The notes beneath the pieces were generated by a model that was given only the letters and a program-made list of their open reading frames with translations, did not search any database and was not told the DNA's origin. From a candidate division WOR-3 bacterium (GTDB lineage: Bacteria; Hydrothermota; Tepidihabitantia; Tepidihabitantales; Tepidihabitantaceae), in the NCBI GenBank assembly GCA_965649295.1, contig CBFGKH010000002.1:160001-224000 (forward strand): a stretch of DNA of 64,000 nucleotides, in the 5' to 3' direction. How positions within the stretch are numbered: position 1 is the stretch's first letter; every line of letters begins with the position of its first letter. The position numbers were made by a program, and so were the translations under genes. Positions 37,236 through 49,843 of the stretch are shown here, one piece after another.

Positions 37236-38597
37236 CTACAGATAGCCGAACAGCTTCGACAGGGCCAGGACCACACCGAGCACGACGAACAGGCCAGCGG
37301 CGCAGACGATAGCGCCAGTTAGGGCCATTGTCCGGACCTTGATGAGGCCAGAGCCATAGGCGATAGCGTTGGGTGGTGTTGATATCGGCAGAATCATTGA
37401 CAAGGAGACTGCGATGCCGGCAGCGAGGACAAGCGGGACCGGATGGCCAGAGAGGCCGGCAACGAGCGGCAGCAGCATTGCAGCGGCGGATGTATTGGAG
37501 ATGAAGGTTGTCACGACGATTGCCGCCAGCATTACGACGCCGGCAAGCAGCAGGGGACTGAGGCCGTCGAGGTGGAGCGAGCTGAGCAGCCAATTGGCAA
37601 GGCCGCTACTACGAATTGCAACGCCAAGCGACAGCCCACCGCCCATCAGGATGAGAATATCCCAGCCGATGCGACCGAAGTCCTCGCTATCGAGGAACCC
37701 GAAGCCGGTGAAAATCAGTGCGGGAATGGTGGCAATCACGGCGGACGGAACGTGATGGAGTTCGGTTGTGAGCCAGAGCAGGACAGTGATGGCAAAGACG
37801 GCGATGATTACCTGCTGGTGCCGGTTCAGCGGCTCACGCCGCGACGGGGGCAGGGCCAGTGACCCAGTTCGGGCTGGGAAGCGGCGTAGCAGCAGCCACC
37901 AGATAAACAGAAAAAGCAGCACGGTCACCGGCAATCCGAAGAGCATCCACTGGCTGAAAGAAATGCGGATGCCCTGTCGAGCCAGGATGCCGATGGCGAT
38001 AGCATTGGGTGGTGAGCCGATAGGGGTGGCGATGCCGCCGATGTTGGCGGCGAACGGAATGCCAAGAATTAGGGCGGTGCGGAATGGCTCGTCGTCAGGC
38101 AGGCCGCGGATGATGGTCAGGCCCATGCCGATGAGCAGGGCGGTGGCGGCGGTGTTGGACATCCACATCGAGAGGAACGCGGCGACAAACATCATCCCGA
38201 GCAGGACCCGGCTGGGCCGAGTGCCAGTCCGTTCGAGAATCAGGCCGGCAAGCAGAGTGTCGAGGCCGAACTTACCGAGTGTCTCGGACAGCACAAATCC
38301 GCCGAGGAAGAGCATGATGACGTTGTCGAAGAACGGAGCAATGAAGACCGCCGGTTCGAGTCGCAACGGGCCGGCGAGCAGGAGCACTTCGAGCAGAACG
38401 ACGAGGAATGAGGTCGAGTAGAGCGGAATTGCCTCAGTGACCCAGAGATAGGCAGCCACGCCAATAATGGCGAGACAGCGCCGAGCCGGTTCGGGCAGCC
38501 CAGGCAGCGGCAGGAAGTAGGCAACAACGCCGCAGAGGAGCGCAGCACCGGCGTGCACCAGCCGGCGCCTGAAGGTTGGTTCGGTGGCGTGGGACAT
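37236..38597 (-). CDS. SLC13/DASS family anion transporter
   Basis: WVTEAIP, LSMWMSNTAA, GGIATPIGSPPNAI, FISNTSAA, PISTPPNAIAY. Confidence 0.92.
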   Translation of the reverse strand: MSHATEPTFRRRLVHAGAALLCGVVAYFLPLPGLPEPARRCLAIIGVAAYLWVTEAIPLYSTSFLVVLLEVLLLAGPLRLEPAVFIAPFFDNVIMLFLGGFVLSETLGKFGLDTLLAGLILERTGTRPSRVLLGMMFVAAFLSMWMSNTAATALLIGMGLTIIRGLPDDEPFRTALILGIPFAANIGGIATPIGSPPNAIAIGILARQGIRISFSQWMLFGLPVTVLLFLFIWWLLLRRFPARTGSLALPPSRREPLNRHQQVIIAVFAITVLLWLTTELHHVPSAVIATIPALIFTGFGFLDSEDFGRIGWDILILMGGGLSLGVAIRSSGLANWLLSSLHLDGLSPLLLAGVVMLAAIVVTTFISNTSAAAMLLPLVAGLSGHPVPLVLAAGIAVSLSMILPISTPPNAIAYGSGLIKVRTMALTGAIVCAAGLFVVLGVVLALSKLFGYL

Positions 38598-38699
38598 CGC
38601 GTCTTTGGCGTAGTCTAGCCAAAGAGTAGCGGCAGGCAAGCAGCGGTTGCTAGAGGTTGGCCTGCGGGTTGTTGGGGCCTCTGGCGAGTGGTGTTCGGG

Positions 38700-39926
38700 T
38701 CAGTAGCGCCAGCTCAGTTCGAGGCTGAAGAGAGCAGTCGTGATGTTGTCGGTCGGCTCACTGTGCCATTCGGGACCGAGGTCGAGGGTGCCGGTCATTG
38801 CGAGCGCACCCGAACTGGTCCTGGTGATTGTCCAGTCGAGTAGGAGGGAGAGGTTGTCGAATAGGTAGTTGGTGGCGAGGACAGTGGTCTCGGTGAGGTA
38901 TTGACGTTGGCCCAGCCGGTTTTCCAGGGTGAGAGACGCGCGGTCGGTCTCGACAAAGTCTAGCCCAACGACGAGGGCCGGTTCGTTGAAGTTGTCCTCG
39001 GCGATACCGGAAAGGCTGCGGCTGTGACCGATTTCGAATCCAGCATACCAGTTGAGAGCGGTGTTGGGCTGCATTTTCGCCTCGAACCGGAGACGATTCT
39101 CGGCGGTGCCACCGTAGGCTGGCGATGCCGTATCATACGAGACCAGCAACAGCTCGTCGCTAATAGTCAGAGCCAGGTTGTTGGCAAGGCCAAACTCGAG
39201 GCCGGCATCGGCGGCGAGGTCCCAGCAAGCGGGGGTGGTGCCAACTTGGGTGCGACGGGCAATCTCGGCAGTGGTGAGGTAGTGGGGACCTGGGTCAAAG
39301 TAGTAGTCAACCGCAAGTCGTCCAGACTGCTCAACGTAGCCGAGCCGCGGGCTGAACCGGCGACGATGAGAATAGCCAAGCCCGAAACTGGAGAGTTCAG
39401 TGCGGACGAGTTCGAAGTCAGCATCGAACCGGTTGGTCAGATGGTCCTGATTCAGGCTGTCGGGGTTGAGAAAGTGGCCGTATTCGAGTTCGTCAGTGGT
39501 ACGGATGGTCAAGTTGCTGCTGGGTCGAAACGCAAGACTGAGTCGGCCGGTGTTACCCAGGGTACTCTGCTGCCAGTTAGTGTCAATAAGGCTGGGCAGT
39601 AGCCGGTGAAAGATGCGGGCGTCAGCAGCGCTGGCCAGCTTGAGGTCGAACCAGGTTGCCGGACTGAGCGCGAGTTCAAGCCGGGGCTGTTCGACAACGG
39701 CAGCCGAGCCGACGTCAAGGCTGTTGTCAAAGCTAAGGAGCGGGCCGCTGGCGACTGCATTCCAGAATAGGCGGGCTTCTGTTTCGAGCTTGGCAGTGTC
39801 TTTGCTGAAGAGGCGACGGCGAAGAGTATCTTCCTCGATAGTGACATAGCGCTGATTGGTATAGTCGAAGCCAAGGCCAAAGTCGCCGGTCAACCCGACT
39901 GCTAGCAGTAATAGAAGACCGAACAC
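38700..39926 (-). CDS. Hypothetical outer-membrane beta-barrel protein
   Basis: Signal peptide, alternating strands, C-terminal LELSWRY. Confidence 0.55.
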   Translation of the reverse strand: MFGLLLLLAVGLTGDFGLGFDYTNQRYVTIEEDTLRRRLFSKDTAKLETEARLFWNAVASGPLLSFDNSLDVGSAAVVEQPRLELALSPATWFDLKLASAADARIFHRLLPSLIDTNWQQSTLGNTGRLSLAFRPSSNLTIRTTDELEYGHFLNPDSLNQDHLTNRFDADFELVRTELSSFGLGYSHRRRFSPRLGYVEQSGRLAVDYYFDPGPHYLTTAEIARRTQVGTTPACWDLAADAGLEFGLANNLALTISDELLLVSYDTASPAYGGTAENRLRFEAKMQPNTALNWYAGFEIGHSRSLSGIAEDNFNEPALVVGLDFVETDRASLTLENRLGQRQYLTETTVLATNYLFDNLSLLLDWTITRTSSGALAMTGTLDLGPEWHSEPTDNITTALFSLELSWRY

Positions 39927-39930
39927 CCGG

Positions 39931-40725
39931 CTATGGGTTTTTCGGTTCCTGGACGATTTCGACTGCCCGATTCAACAGGCGTCGTGCCAGGCCAGCGTCA
40001 GCAAGTGCTGCCTGGTATTGGCCCTGAGCAAAGCTGGTCTGGGCGTTGGCGAGATGAGACTTAGCCTGGTTGAGGAGGGCTGTCGCGGCTGGGGTCGCCG
40101 CCTCCTCGATCACTGCCGACCACTCGCTTATCAGGGCGTTCGCCTCGGCGATGGCCTGTTCAGCCAGGTCTGGGCCGCTGCGAACGGTCTCCCAGGCACG
40201 CAGGGCAAGGTCGCGAGCGGCGAAGGTGAGCTTCAGTGCCCGGCCGAACTGGCGGCTGCGGAGATGAGTGCGCGATTGGGACTGCCAGCGGCGAGCACGG
40301 TTGAGCAGGTCGCGGCCCCGGCTGTTCTTGCTTTGGTCTATCGGCACGCTGACCCGTTCGAGCAGGGCGTCGGTGCGGTCAAGCTCGCGGTTGATTCGTT
40401 CTGGGTTCGACTGCTGACGGACGAGCCGCAAGGCCGACTTGCCGTGCTCACGAGCAGCCAATGTGAACCGGGCAGCAAGTCGGTAGCGACCCCGGCCGAA
40501 GTGGGATTCGGCCGTTGCCTGTTCAGACTGGGCGATGCGCCAGAGCTGCTGGGCTTCGGGAATGCCGGAGCTGTTCACAATCGGCGTGAATTGGGCAATC
40601 AGTTCAGCAGTTCGTCTCACCTCGGCGCGAACACGCTCACGGTTCTGCTGTTGGCCCGAAACGAGTCCAACAGTAAGCAGCAGGGAGATGGTCACTAGTC
40701 GGGCCAGTCGCTGGTAGCTCATCAT
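39931..40725 (-). CDS. Secreted alpha-helical repeat protein
   Basis: Signal peptide; three repeats A..Q..A..H...G.(Y/F)..A...T..AR. Confidence 0.65.
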   Translation of the reverse strand: MMSYQRLARLVTISLLLTVGLVSGQQQNRERVRAEVRRTAELIAQFTPIVNSSGIPEAQQLWRIAQSEQATAESHFGRGRYRLAARFTLAAREHGKSALRLVRQQSNPERINRELDRTDALLERVSVPIDQSKNSRGRDLLNRARRWQSQSRTHLRSRQFGRALKLTFAARDLALRAWETVRSGPDLAEQAIAEANALISEWSAVIEEAATPAATALLNQAKSHLANAQTSFAQGQYQAALADAGLARRLLNRAVEIVQEPKNP

Positions 40726-40740
40726 TTCAGCTAGCTCCAT

Positions 40741-40756
40741 TGCACGACCCGTGCCG
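40741..40756 (-). promoter_or_regulatory. Sigma54 -24/-12 promoter
   Basis: CGGCAC-GGGTC-GTGCA (GG-N10-GC). Confidence 0.6.
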
Positions 40757-40853
40757 CACGTAACCGGTTGAAGTTGCTGATGGTCGGCACGGTCAGCGCT
40801 GACCCAATCGGTGCGCGGCTGAACCCGTTAGTCCAGAACTGGCCCACTTCTGG

Positions 40854-42190
<1,337 letters not shown>

Positions 42191-42194
<4 letters not shown>

Positions 42195-43459
42195 AATGGC
42201 AGTCGCACCGTAACAGTTGTACCAGCACCCGGCTGGGAGTCAATTGCCACCTGGCCGCCCAGGCCGGTAATGATGCGACGCACCGAGAAGAGACCAAGAC
42301 CAGACCCCTTCTCTTTGGTGGTAAAGAACGGTTCGAAGACGCGGCGGCGGTGTTCAGGGGGTATGCCGGGACCGTGGTCGTGAACTGTGGCCACGAGCCA
42401 GCGCCGGCGGCCACTGGTCTCAATGCGGGTAGCAATATCAATCGCCCCACCGTCGGGTTGGGCCTGGATTGCATTGAGCAGGATGTTGAGAAACGCCTGG
42501 CGCAGTTCCACCCGACCGGCATTGACCGGCGGTGCTGGCGCAAGGCTGGTTGTCAGGCGGATGGCGTGGTGACTGAGCTCAGAACTGAGGTCGGCGGCAA
42601 GTTCGCCCAGCAGTGCCGGAAGGTCAACCGGTTCAGGGGTACTGGCGCGGGCTGAGCCAAGAGTCAGGTAGTTGCTGATGATTGTATTGAGGCGGTCAAC
42701 TTCCTCGGGGATGTAGTCGAACTGGGGGTCAGGTCCTTGGGCGTAGCGCCGTTTCAGACGCTCGGCCGTTGTCCGGATGATTGCCAATGGATTGCGCAGG
42801 TCATGGGCAACCGCGGCAGATAGCTGCCCGAGCAGGGCCAGGGCATTGGCTCGGCCGGCTGCCTGTTCGAGAGCTATTGCCCGTCGGGTCAGGCCAGCCG
42901 CCACCAGCACCACGGCAACAATTGCCAGCAGACTGAAGAGATTGATGATGAGAACCGTTTGCTGAAAACTGGTCAGCGTGCCAAAGAAGCGAGCGTCGGC
43001 CTCGATGCCGACAACCGCGGCAACGGCACCAAGGGAGTCGGTCAGCGGCGCGTAGGCGGTCTTCAGCCGGGCTCGGCCGGCTGAATAGAGCTGGGATTGG
43101 GCCGGCAGACCGGCAAAGGCAGCAATGATTTCTGCCGCGTCGAGTTCGAGGGTAGCGTCAGTTGAGTCAACGAGATTCGGGTCGCGGGCATTAGCTACGT
43201 AGCGTAGGTCTTCACTCACAATAAAGGCGTTGAACAGTTCGTTCTGGTCGAGCAGTGACTTGAGCAGGTTGGTTACACCGGCCGACTGCCAGTTGGCGCC
43301 GACAGTTGCTGCGAAGGTGACGGCAATAGCCTGCAGTCGGTCACCAAGCTCGGCTTCGAGTGTGGTCCGGGTACGATTGAGCAGCAGCCAGGCCTGGAGA
43401 TTGGCCAGCAGGATGACCACCGCTAGGAGCAGGCCAATCCAGAACAGGGTGCGACGCAT
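42191..43459 (-). CDS. Sensor histidine kinase
   Basis: Two TM helices, AHDLRNPL, NILLNAIQA, DHGPG, FFTTK..GSGLGL. Confidence 0.94.
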
Positions 43460-43552
43460 CAGTCACAAGCCTAGAACCAGGCTGCCGTGGGGTCAAGGCA
43501 GATGGTTGTGCACTGGCTTGACTTGTGCAAGCAAAGAGGCAGGATTGACGGC

Positions 43553-44452
43553 GTGAATGCGGAGGCAGTGGCAATCCTCAATCCGGCTGCTGGCCGCGGC
43601 CGCGGCGAAAAGCTGGAGCCGCGCATTCGGGCCGAGCTGGAGCGCTACTTTCCTGGCCTTGAGATACTGCGAACCGACGGGCCGGGTCACGCGACTGAAC
43701 TAGCCCGGCAGACAGCCGCGGCCGAGGTTGTTATCGCCATTGGCGGCGATGGCACCGTTCGTGAAGTTGCGTCTGGCCTGGTTGGCTCAAAGGCCGAGCT
43801 GGCAGTTGTGCCAGTTGGGTCGGGCAATGATCTTTTGAAGACGTTGGGGTGCAGCAGCAAGCTTGCGGACTCGTGCCGACGGGCACGGTATGGCCGGCCG
43901 CGACTCATTGACGTCAATCGCATCACTGTCAGCGACGACCAGGGCGAGCGACGGCTGCATTCAATCAACGCCGCTGGTTTTGGATTCGACGCGGCAGTCG
44001 TGACCGAGGCGATGAAGCTGCGCTGGCTGCGGGGTCTGCCTTTGTACGCGGTGGCAGTCTATCAGGCGGTGAGGAACCTGACTTGTCCGCTTGTGCGCAT
44101 CACTGCCAACGGCCAGACCTGGGAACAGCCTATCCTGCTCCTGGCGGCAACTAACGGCAAGTTTTACGGTGGCGGGATGAAGATTGCGCCGGCGGCTGAA
44201 ATTGATGACGGAATGATGGATGTCTGCATCATCGAGGCGGTCAGCAAGTTGTTTGTGATGAGAAAGCTGCCCAACTTCATCGCTGGCACTCACGTTACGA
44301 TGAAGCAGACGCGGCTACTGCGGCTGCGCGAGTTCAGGCTTGAGCTGCTAGAACCAGCGCCGTTCCAGCTCGATGGTGATGTGCTCAGTGCTGCTGGTCT
44401 GCCCAAGTTTCAGCTTGAAGTCCTGCCTCGGGCACTGACAATCCGGGCCTAG
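43553..44452 (+). CDS. Diacylglycerol kinase-like lipid kinase (YegS/BmrU family)
   Basis: NPAAG, GGDGTVREV, PVGSGND, NGKFYGGG, QLDGD. Confidence 0.9.
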   Translation: MNAEAVAILNPAAGRGRGEKLEPRIRAELERYFPGLEILRTDGPGHATELARQTAAAEVVIAIGGDGTVREVASGLVGSKAELAVVPVGSGNDLLKTLGCSSKLADSCRRARYGRPRLIDVNRITVSDDQGERRLHSINAAGFGFDAAVVTEAMKLRWLRGLPLYAVAVYQAVRNLTCPLVRITANGQTWEQPILLLAATNGKFYGGGMKIAPAAEIDDGMMDVCIIEAVSKLFVMRKLPNFIAGTHVTMKQTRLLRLREFRLELLEPAPFQLDGDVLSAAGLPKFQLEVLPRALTIRA

Positions 44453-44548
44453 GCCGGTTGAACCGAAGCGAACAACTCTGGTCGGGCCGGTGCAGCCAGC
44501 ACGCACGGTGTTAGCGTCCAACAGGCGCAGCGACAAGGGGTTGGCACC

Positions 44549-44564
44549 TGGCACCATAGTTGCA
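44549..44564 (+). promoter_or_regulatory. Sigma54 -24/-12 promoter
   Basis: TGGCAC-CATAG-TTGCA, consensus match. Confidence 0.8.
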
Positions 44565-44611
44565 AATCGCTGAGTATGGTGAAGTCAGAGCACACTAGAC
44601 CGGAGGTAAGA

Positions 44612-45577
44612 ATGAAGCGTCTGTCTGCAACAGTCTTTGCTGCGCTACTCTTAGTCGGCGCCGGGATGCTCGGCTGTGATACTGCTCGTACGAGTGACGA
44701 GGAGTCGGTCCGCGCCTTGCTCGATGCGTCAGAGTACACCGATGAGGAAAGCTCAGTCCGCTACGGTTCAGCCGATTCCACGCTTGGTGCCGGCAATGGT
44801 GCAGAACTGCCGATACTCGCCGGCTATCAGTATCTCCCATTTGTCAGGTTTCATCGCTACATCCCCAGAACCGGGATTACGAGAACCGTTGAGGTGACGA
44901 TTCCGGCCTACCCTGGTTACGACGATACAACCGCCTTGGCGACGATAACAACCGACATCGTTGGCGAACTACGCGTGACCACCGATACCAGCACCAATCC
45001 GATTCTTGTCTGGCGCAAGCCGTTTCACGATGTCTCAGTGCGTCGTGTCTATCTGACCAAGACTCGGGCTAACCGGCGGACACCACGCGGTGGCTGGCAT
45101 ATCGTCAAGGTATCGCCGGTTCAGATTACGACCCAGAATCCCGACTACAACCTGCGTATCGTCCGGCTGCGGGCAACTGCCCGCCCGTCCGGTGCGAACT
45201 TTGAGCTGGTGACTGCTGACACGCTGCTGGCCAAAGACGAATTGCCAATTTTCCGGCCGAATGATACCGTCACTCTGCAGCTGGAGATGGCGAGCGACGG
45301 TGACTCCTGCTGGGCGTTTCTGCACCCTGGTCGGGTCGGCAACGAACGGCCGCGCTACTGGCGTCAGGCCTACTGGAAGACCGGCACCTTGACGTTCGAG
45401 CGGGTCTGGGTAGTTGGCGAAGAGCAGTATGACCGGCCGCGAGTCAGACCGAGTGTTCACGATGCGATTGGCTGGGGCACGCTCTGGGGTGACACTACTC
45501 AGCGCTATGTGGCTACTGCCTGGGGTATACCTTGCATTGTACGCCAGCCTGGGCAGCGGATTCCCGACGACGAATAG
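44612..45577 (+). CDS. Hypothetical lipoprotein
   Basis: RBS ggaggt; lipobox MLGC. Confidence 0.7.
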   Translation: MKRLSATVFAALLLVGAGMLGCDTARTSDEESVRALLDASEYTDEESSVRYGSADSTLGAGNGAELPILAGYQYLPFVRFHRYIPRTGITRTVEVTIPAYPGYDDTTALATITTDIVGELRVTTDTSTNPILVWRKPFHDVSVRRVYLTKTRANRRTPRGGWHIVKVSPVQITTQNPDYNLRIVRLRATARPSGANFELVTADTLLAKDELPIFRPNDTVTLQLEMASDGDSCWAFLHPGRVGNERPRYWRQAYWKTGTLTFERVWVVGEEQYDRPRVRPSVHDAIGWGTLWGDTTQRYVATAWGIPCIVRQPGQRIPDDE

Positions 45578-45595
45578 CGATAGCGCCAAGAACGA

Positions 45596-45627
45596 GCTAG
45601 GCCGGGGCCAACATGCCCCGGCCTAGC
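45596..45627. terminator. Hairpin between convergent genes
   Basis: GCTAGGCCGGGGC-N6-GCCCCGGCCTAGC. Confidence 0.6.
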
Positions 45628-45640
45628 GTTATGGTCCTGA

Positions 45641-48600
45641 TTAGTGTTCAATAACGAGCTTGCGGGTAATGGTGTTACTACCGGATTCAAGTTGCAGTAG
45701 ATAGACGCCGGACGGCAGCGAACCGAGCGCTAGGTCCCAGTGTCCAGCCGACAGCGCCGAAGCCGGTAGGGAACGGCTGAGTACGCAGCGGCCGAGAGCA
45801 TCGTAGATGGACAGTGTGGTTGAGTTGCCCAGTCGTTCAGTGGCCAAGCGGATGAGGCCAGAGCGGAGAGGATTGGGGCCGCGGATTGAAGATTGAGAAT
45901 CGGAGGTAGCTACCGTGTTCGCGCCACTGCGGCTGGGGCGAAGAGAGTAGGCCATAGGCCAGTCAACCCAGCGCCAGCATTCGAGGGTTTTGTTGCCCTT
46001 GAGCGCAAAGAGGATGCCAGCAGCGTAGCTCGTGATGTCCGCTCCAGACTTCACCTTCTTTTTTCGTTGCGTGTAACCCCATTGTGGTAGCGTGTCGAGT
46101 TCCTGCCAGGAGTCGTGCTGGGGCAGGTAGCGGTAGTACTCTTGGGTGTTGCCGCCCTTGAGAGCATAGATGCAACCGTTAGACCAGGCTGCGCAGCCGC
46201 CATCATTAGACTTCCTGGTTCGGTTGAAGTAGCGGGAGACAAAAGGCATTCCGTGCAGCACGTCGGCGCTCCACGACCGGGTTGGAACATCGTAGCGGTA
46301 GAGTTTGTGGTATTTGGCTTGGTGAGCATAGAGGACGCCCGAGCCATCGCTGACCAAAAATGAGCCCTTGTCGTACTTCGGGCTGGCATCGGCCGGGGCT
46401 GGCCTTTCGGTCTCCCAACGCAGTGTCGTCGTGTTGAAGCGGTAGAACTCGTTTCTGTAGCCTTTGAGCAGATAGACGTAGCCGGTGTCGTGGTGCACGA
46501 CATAGGCAAGGTCGGTGCCGCCCTTGACAGGATGGGTACCGGCCGGGACCGGCTCGAGTTCGTGCCAGGAGTCCTGAACGATATCGTAGCGGTAGAACTC
46601 AAGGGTCTTATTGCCCTTGACCGTGTAGATGTATCGATCGCCGTCGGCTATGCCCGACGCACCTTTGCCGACGGCTCGATTGATGGGGCCGGCGGGAATG
46701 CTCGCTTTGGCGAGCCAGGTGTTGGCAATCGGGTCGAAGGCGTAGAAGTCGCGGGTCTTGTTACCGCGGCTAGCGTAGATTCTCTGATTGGGACTAGTGT
46801 AGGCGAGCCAGCCACCGTCCTGTATCAAGCGTGCTTGGCTGCCGGGCGGTATCGCGGCAACTTCGTGCCAGCCGCCTGGCCAGTTTGGGCCAGCGACGAC
46901 TGTGAATTGTCGGCTGATGGTGTCGTTGGCCGGATTCTGGTCACCAGCCAGCACTAGTGAGCAGCGACCGACATAACTGCCGGTGTCGTGGGGATGCGGC
47001 CACTCGGCGAAGGTGAGAGTTGTGCTAGCACCCGGGCCAAGGTTGGCCACTGATTGCAAACTCGTATAGACCTCGCTGCCGTGGCGCAGGATGCAAAAGA
47101 CCGCATTGAAGCTGGCAGGTAGGTCACCTTCATTGCTTACAATTGCCTGTGGGATGACTCTAACACCAGTATCAATTGTGCCAACTGGAGCGATGATGCT
47201 CGTGACACCGACGTCGAGCCTACCCGCGGCCGTAACGCGGCAGTTGGTGTTAGCCGTGTCGTTGGCCGGCAGCAGGTCATCGGCTGAAACTGTCCAGGCT
47301 ACTACCGAGTAATCGCCAACTGGTGTTGCCAGCCATTCAGGTGGAAGCTCGACATCAGCCAGTCCGCCAAGCGGCACGGTCAAGCCGGTCAGTTCGCGGC
47401 TGGCCACGATTGTGCCGCCGGTGTCGAGAATGGCAAGCCCGAGGCTGCCGACAATAGCAGTGTTACCATAGTTGGCAATATCAACCCGGGGCGTGACCAG
47501 CGTGCTCTCAACGAGAGTGCCATTGGGAATGTCAATACTGGCCACGCCGATGTCGCGCACGGCGACGAATACCGAGCCACTGAGGGTGTCGTTGGCTGGG
47601 ACCATGTCACCGGCGAGGGTGGTGATAAGCTGCAGGGCGTGAGTGCCGCGCTGCGGCTGCCAGGTTGGGCTGCAATCAATGGTGGCAGCAAGGCCTGGGC
47701 CCAGTCCGCTCACGGTCGCGGTGCCGATGTAACCGGTGCCAATCGTCAGTTGGGAAGTGAAGCTAGCGGCGGTGTTGCCATTGTTACGGACTCTGACCCG
47801 AGGCGTAATTGGGCCAGAGGAGTCAATGGCCGCACCGGGAACCTCAATCGCCAGTGGCTGAACATCGCGCAGGCGGACAAACACCGACTCGCGGTGCCAA
47901 TACCGGCCTTCTGGTCCGGCAAAGCCGGTTGCTGGTTCGTATTTGATGTCCTGAATGCGGTCATTGGCCCAACTGCGGAAAAGGATTGGCTGATGTCCGC
48001 TAGCCTTGGGCCTGACCACCAGCCAGTAGTCGAAGGTTGTGCCAACTGCCAGCCGGTTGCCCCAGGTGTAGCCGCCCTGCCATTCGAGAATCCGATACTG
48101 GCCGTTCGTTCGGGTCGTGACCTGGCCGATGCCGGTGCCAGTAGTCTGCCAGTCAACAATGCTAAAGCGAGTCGTGTCACAGGCCACGGTCAGGCCATAG
48201 CGCCAGGGTGAGAAGCCGGCTGTGCAACTGAGCCGCAGCCGGAGCGTCTCAGGCTGCAGCAGATTGACCGAGTCAGGCCAGTTGCGGCGCTGGCTCAGCA
48301 GGCTGATTGGCCCAAGCTCATAGTCCGGATAGTTGACATAGATAGCGTTGGTCAGCAGCTCAGGGTCGTTGACGCTGTTCTCAAGGTAGGCGCGGACAAA
48401 GTCGGTGCTGGTGGCGTTGTAGGTGACAGTCCATTCGTAGGCGTAGTCGTAGGACCCGAACGGATTCCAGAACCAGTGGTTGTGAACCGTGCCGGTCTTG
48501 TTGTAAACCCAGAAGTCGTCCAAGTAGTCGGCGTCCTCGATCTCAGCCCGGAACTTGATGGTCTTGGTGCCGGTAACGCGGATGTGCTGGCCCATTACCA

Positions 48601-49681
48601 AGTCCCATTGATTGTTGTTGTTGGTGTCGGCATAGAGCCAAATCTGGCCGTCATCAAGCTCGTCAATAACCATTGCCCGGCCGAGCTTGGCATATTTCAG
48701 GATTGAGTCAGGATGGTTCGAAGGGGCAAAGACCCGGGTATGGGAAGTCATCACTCCCTCGCCCGGCATATTGCCATGATAGTCGGCATTGCCGACCGCG
48801 GCGATGGTCTTGCCTTGGACCAGCAGGCTGTGCCACCAGCTTACTGCCTCGACGTCGCGGTCGCGGCCGCGGTCCTTGCCGGGCGGAAACCAGGTCGGGC
48901 CGTTGAAGACCTCAATCATATCCACGCTCGAATCGAGCACCGGGTAGTTGTCCCAGCCGAACCCGAGCTCGTCATCGCAGGGATGGTTAATCTGCACCAG
49001 TCCGCCGCGCCAGGAAGCGTCGTCAAGAAGCTGGCGCACCGTGCCGAGGGAGAAGACCTGACTGCCCTCAAATCCAAGCACGTTAGCATGGCCGAGGTCG
49101 CTTGACCATTCGGTGCCGCGAATCGGCTGCAACGTTCCGACCGGATGAAAGGCGGTGTCGTAGCACTGGGCAGTTTGGTCGTGGTCGGTAATGGCATAGG
49201 CGTGGGCGCCGGCACCGAGCGCAAGCTGGAGCAGGTTGTGCACCGAGTTGGTGCCGTCCGAGTAGGTGGTATGGGCATGGAAGTTTGCCTTGTACCAGGC
49301 ATTGTCACTCGTCCACATCCGCAACCAGAACTTTTGGGCCTTGCCGGTACGGAGTTCAATTTCGTTCTGGCCAGAGCGGAGCAGGCCTGAGTAGTCAGAA
49401 AGGTCGAGTCCGCCAATCCGGCTGCGCGGCAGTTCTTTGTGGCCGAAGGCAGCGACAAACTGGCCATTGGCCCAGACTGCCAGAGATTCAACACCCTCAA
49501 TGTTTGCATACCAGCCGGCAATGCGCCGACCAGCCGGTATCGTGGCCTGTAGCCGTAGCCGACCGTCACGGGCCAGGGCATCACCGTCAAATAGGATGCA
49601 GTCTGATTCTAACGGCGAAATGGCGGCTGCGAACGATAGTAGCAGCCCCAACAAAACTAGCAGTCTTCTACCAGAGCACAT
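45641..49681 (-). CDS. Secreted PHP-fold (CehA/McbA-like) metallohydrolase with CARDB, Kelch-like and T9SS-like domains
   Basis: HAHTTYSDG, ITDHD, GTE..GHAN, NHP, GNADYH; KGNKT repeats; YDALGR..GVYLL tail. Confidence 0.8.
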   Translation of the reverse strand: MCSGRRLLVLLGLLLSFAAAISPLESDCILFDGDALARDGRLRLQATIPAGRRIAGWYANIEGVESLAVWANGQFVAAFGHKELPRSRIGGLDLSDYSGLLRSGQNEIELRTGKAQKFWLRMWTSDNAWYKANFHAHTTYSDGTNSVHNLLQLALGAGAHAYAITDHDQTAQCYDTAFHPVGTLQPIRGTEWSSDLGHANVLGFEGSQVFSLGTVRQLLDDASWRGGLVQINHPCDDELGFGWDNYPVLDSSVDMIEVFNGPTWFPPGKDRGRDRDVEAVSWWHSLLVQGKTIAAVGNADYHGNMPGEGVMTSHTRVFAPSNHPDSILKYAKLGRAMVIDELDDGQIWLYADTNNNNQWDLVMGQHIRVTGTKTIKFRAEIEDADYLDDFWVYNKTGTVHNHWFWNPFGSYDYAYEWTVTYNATSTDFVRAYLENSVNDPELLTNAIYVNYPDYELGPISLLSQRRNWPDSVNLLQPETLRLRLSCTAGFSPWRYGLTVACDTTRFSIVDWQTTGTGIGQVTTRTNGQYRILEWQGGYTWGNRLAVGTTFDYWLVVRPKASGHQPILFRSWANDRIQDIKYEPATGFAGPEGRYWHRESVFVRLRDVQPLAIEVPGAAIDSSGPITPRVRVRNNGNTAASFTSQLTIGTGYIGTATVSGLGPGLAATIDCSPTWQPQRGTHALQLITTLAGDMVPANDTLSGSVFVAVRDIGVASIDIPNGTLVESTLVTPRVDIANYGNTAIVGSLGLAILDTGGTIVASRELTGLTVPLGGLADVELPPEWLATPVGDYSVVAWTVSADDLLPANDTANTNCRVTAAGRLDVGVTSIIAPVGTIDTGVRVIPQAIVSNEGDLPASFNAVFCILRHGSEVYTSLQSVANLGPGASTTLTFAEWPHPHDTGSYVGRCSLVLAGDQNPANDTISRQFTVVAGPNWPGGWHEVAAIPPGSQARLIQDGGWLAYTSPNQRIYASRGNKTRDFYAFDPIANTWLAKASIPAGPINRAVGKGASGIADGDRYIYTVKGNKTLEFYRYDIVQDSWHELEPVPAGTHPVKGGTDLAYVVHHDTGYVYLLKGYRNEFYRFNTTTLRWETERPAPADASPKYDKGSFLVSDGSGVLYAHQAKYHKLYRYDVPTRSWSADVLHGMPFVSRYFNRTRKSNDGGCAAWSNGCIYALKGGNTQEYYRYLPQHDSWQELDTLPQWGYTQRKKKVKSGADITSYAAGILFALKGNKTLECWRWVDWPMAYSLRPSRSGANTVATSDSQSSIRGPNPLRSGLIRLATERLGNSTTLSIYDALGRCVLSRSLPASALSAGHWDLALGSLPSGVYLLQLESGSNTITRKLVIEH

Positions 49682-49843
49682 CTGAGCCTCCCAGCTTCTA
49701 TTCCACAGGCTGTGGTCTAGCAAGGCCGATACTTCAGCCTTGAGCCGGCCAATTATACTTCGGCCGCCTATCCTGCTGTCAAATCTAGCGGCAAAGAGCT
49801 GAGGCGGCCAACCGGCCGCCCCAGCAGTGATGCTAGCCGAAGG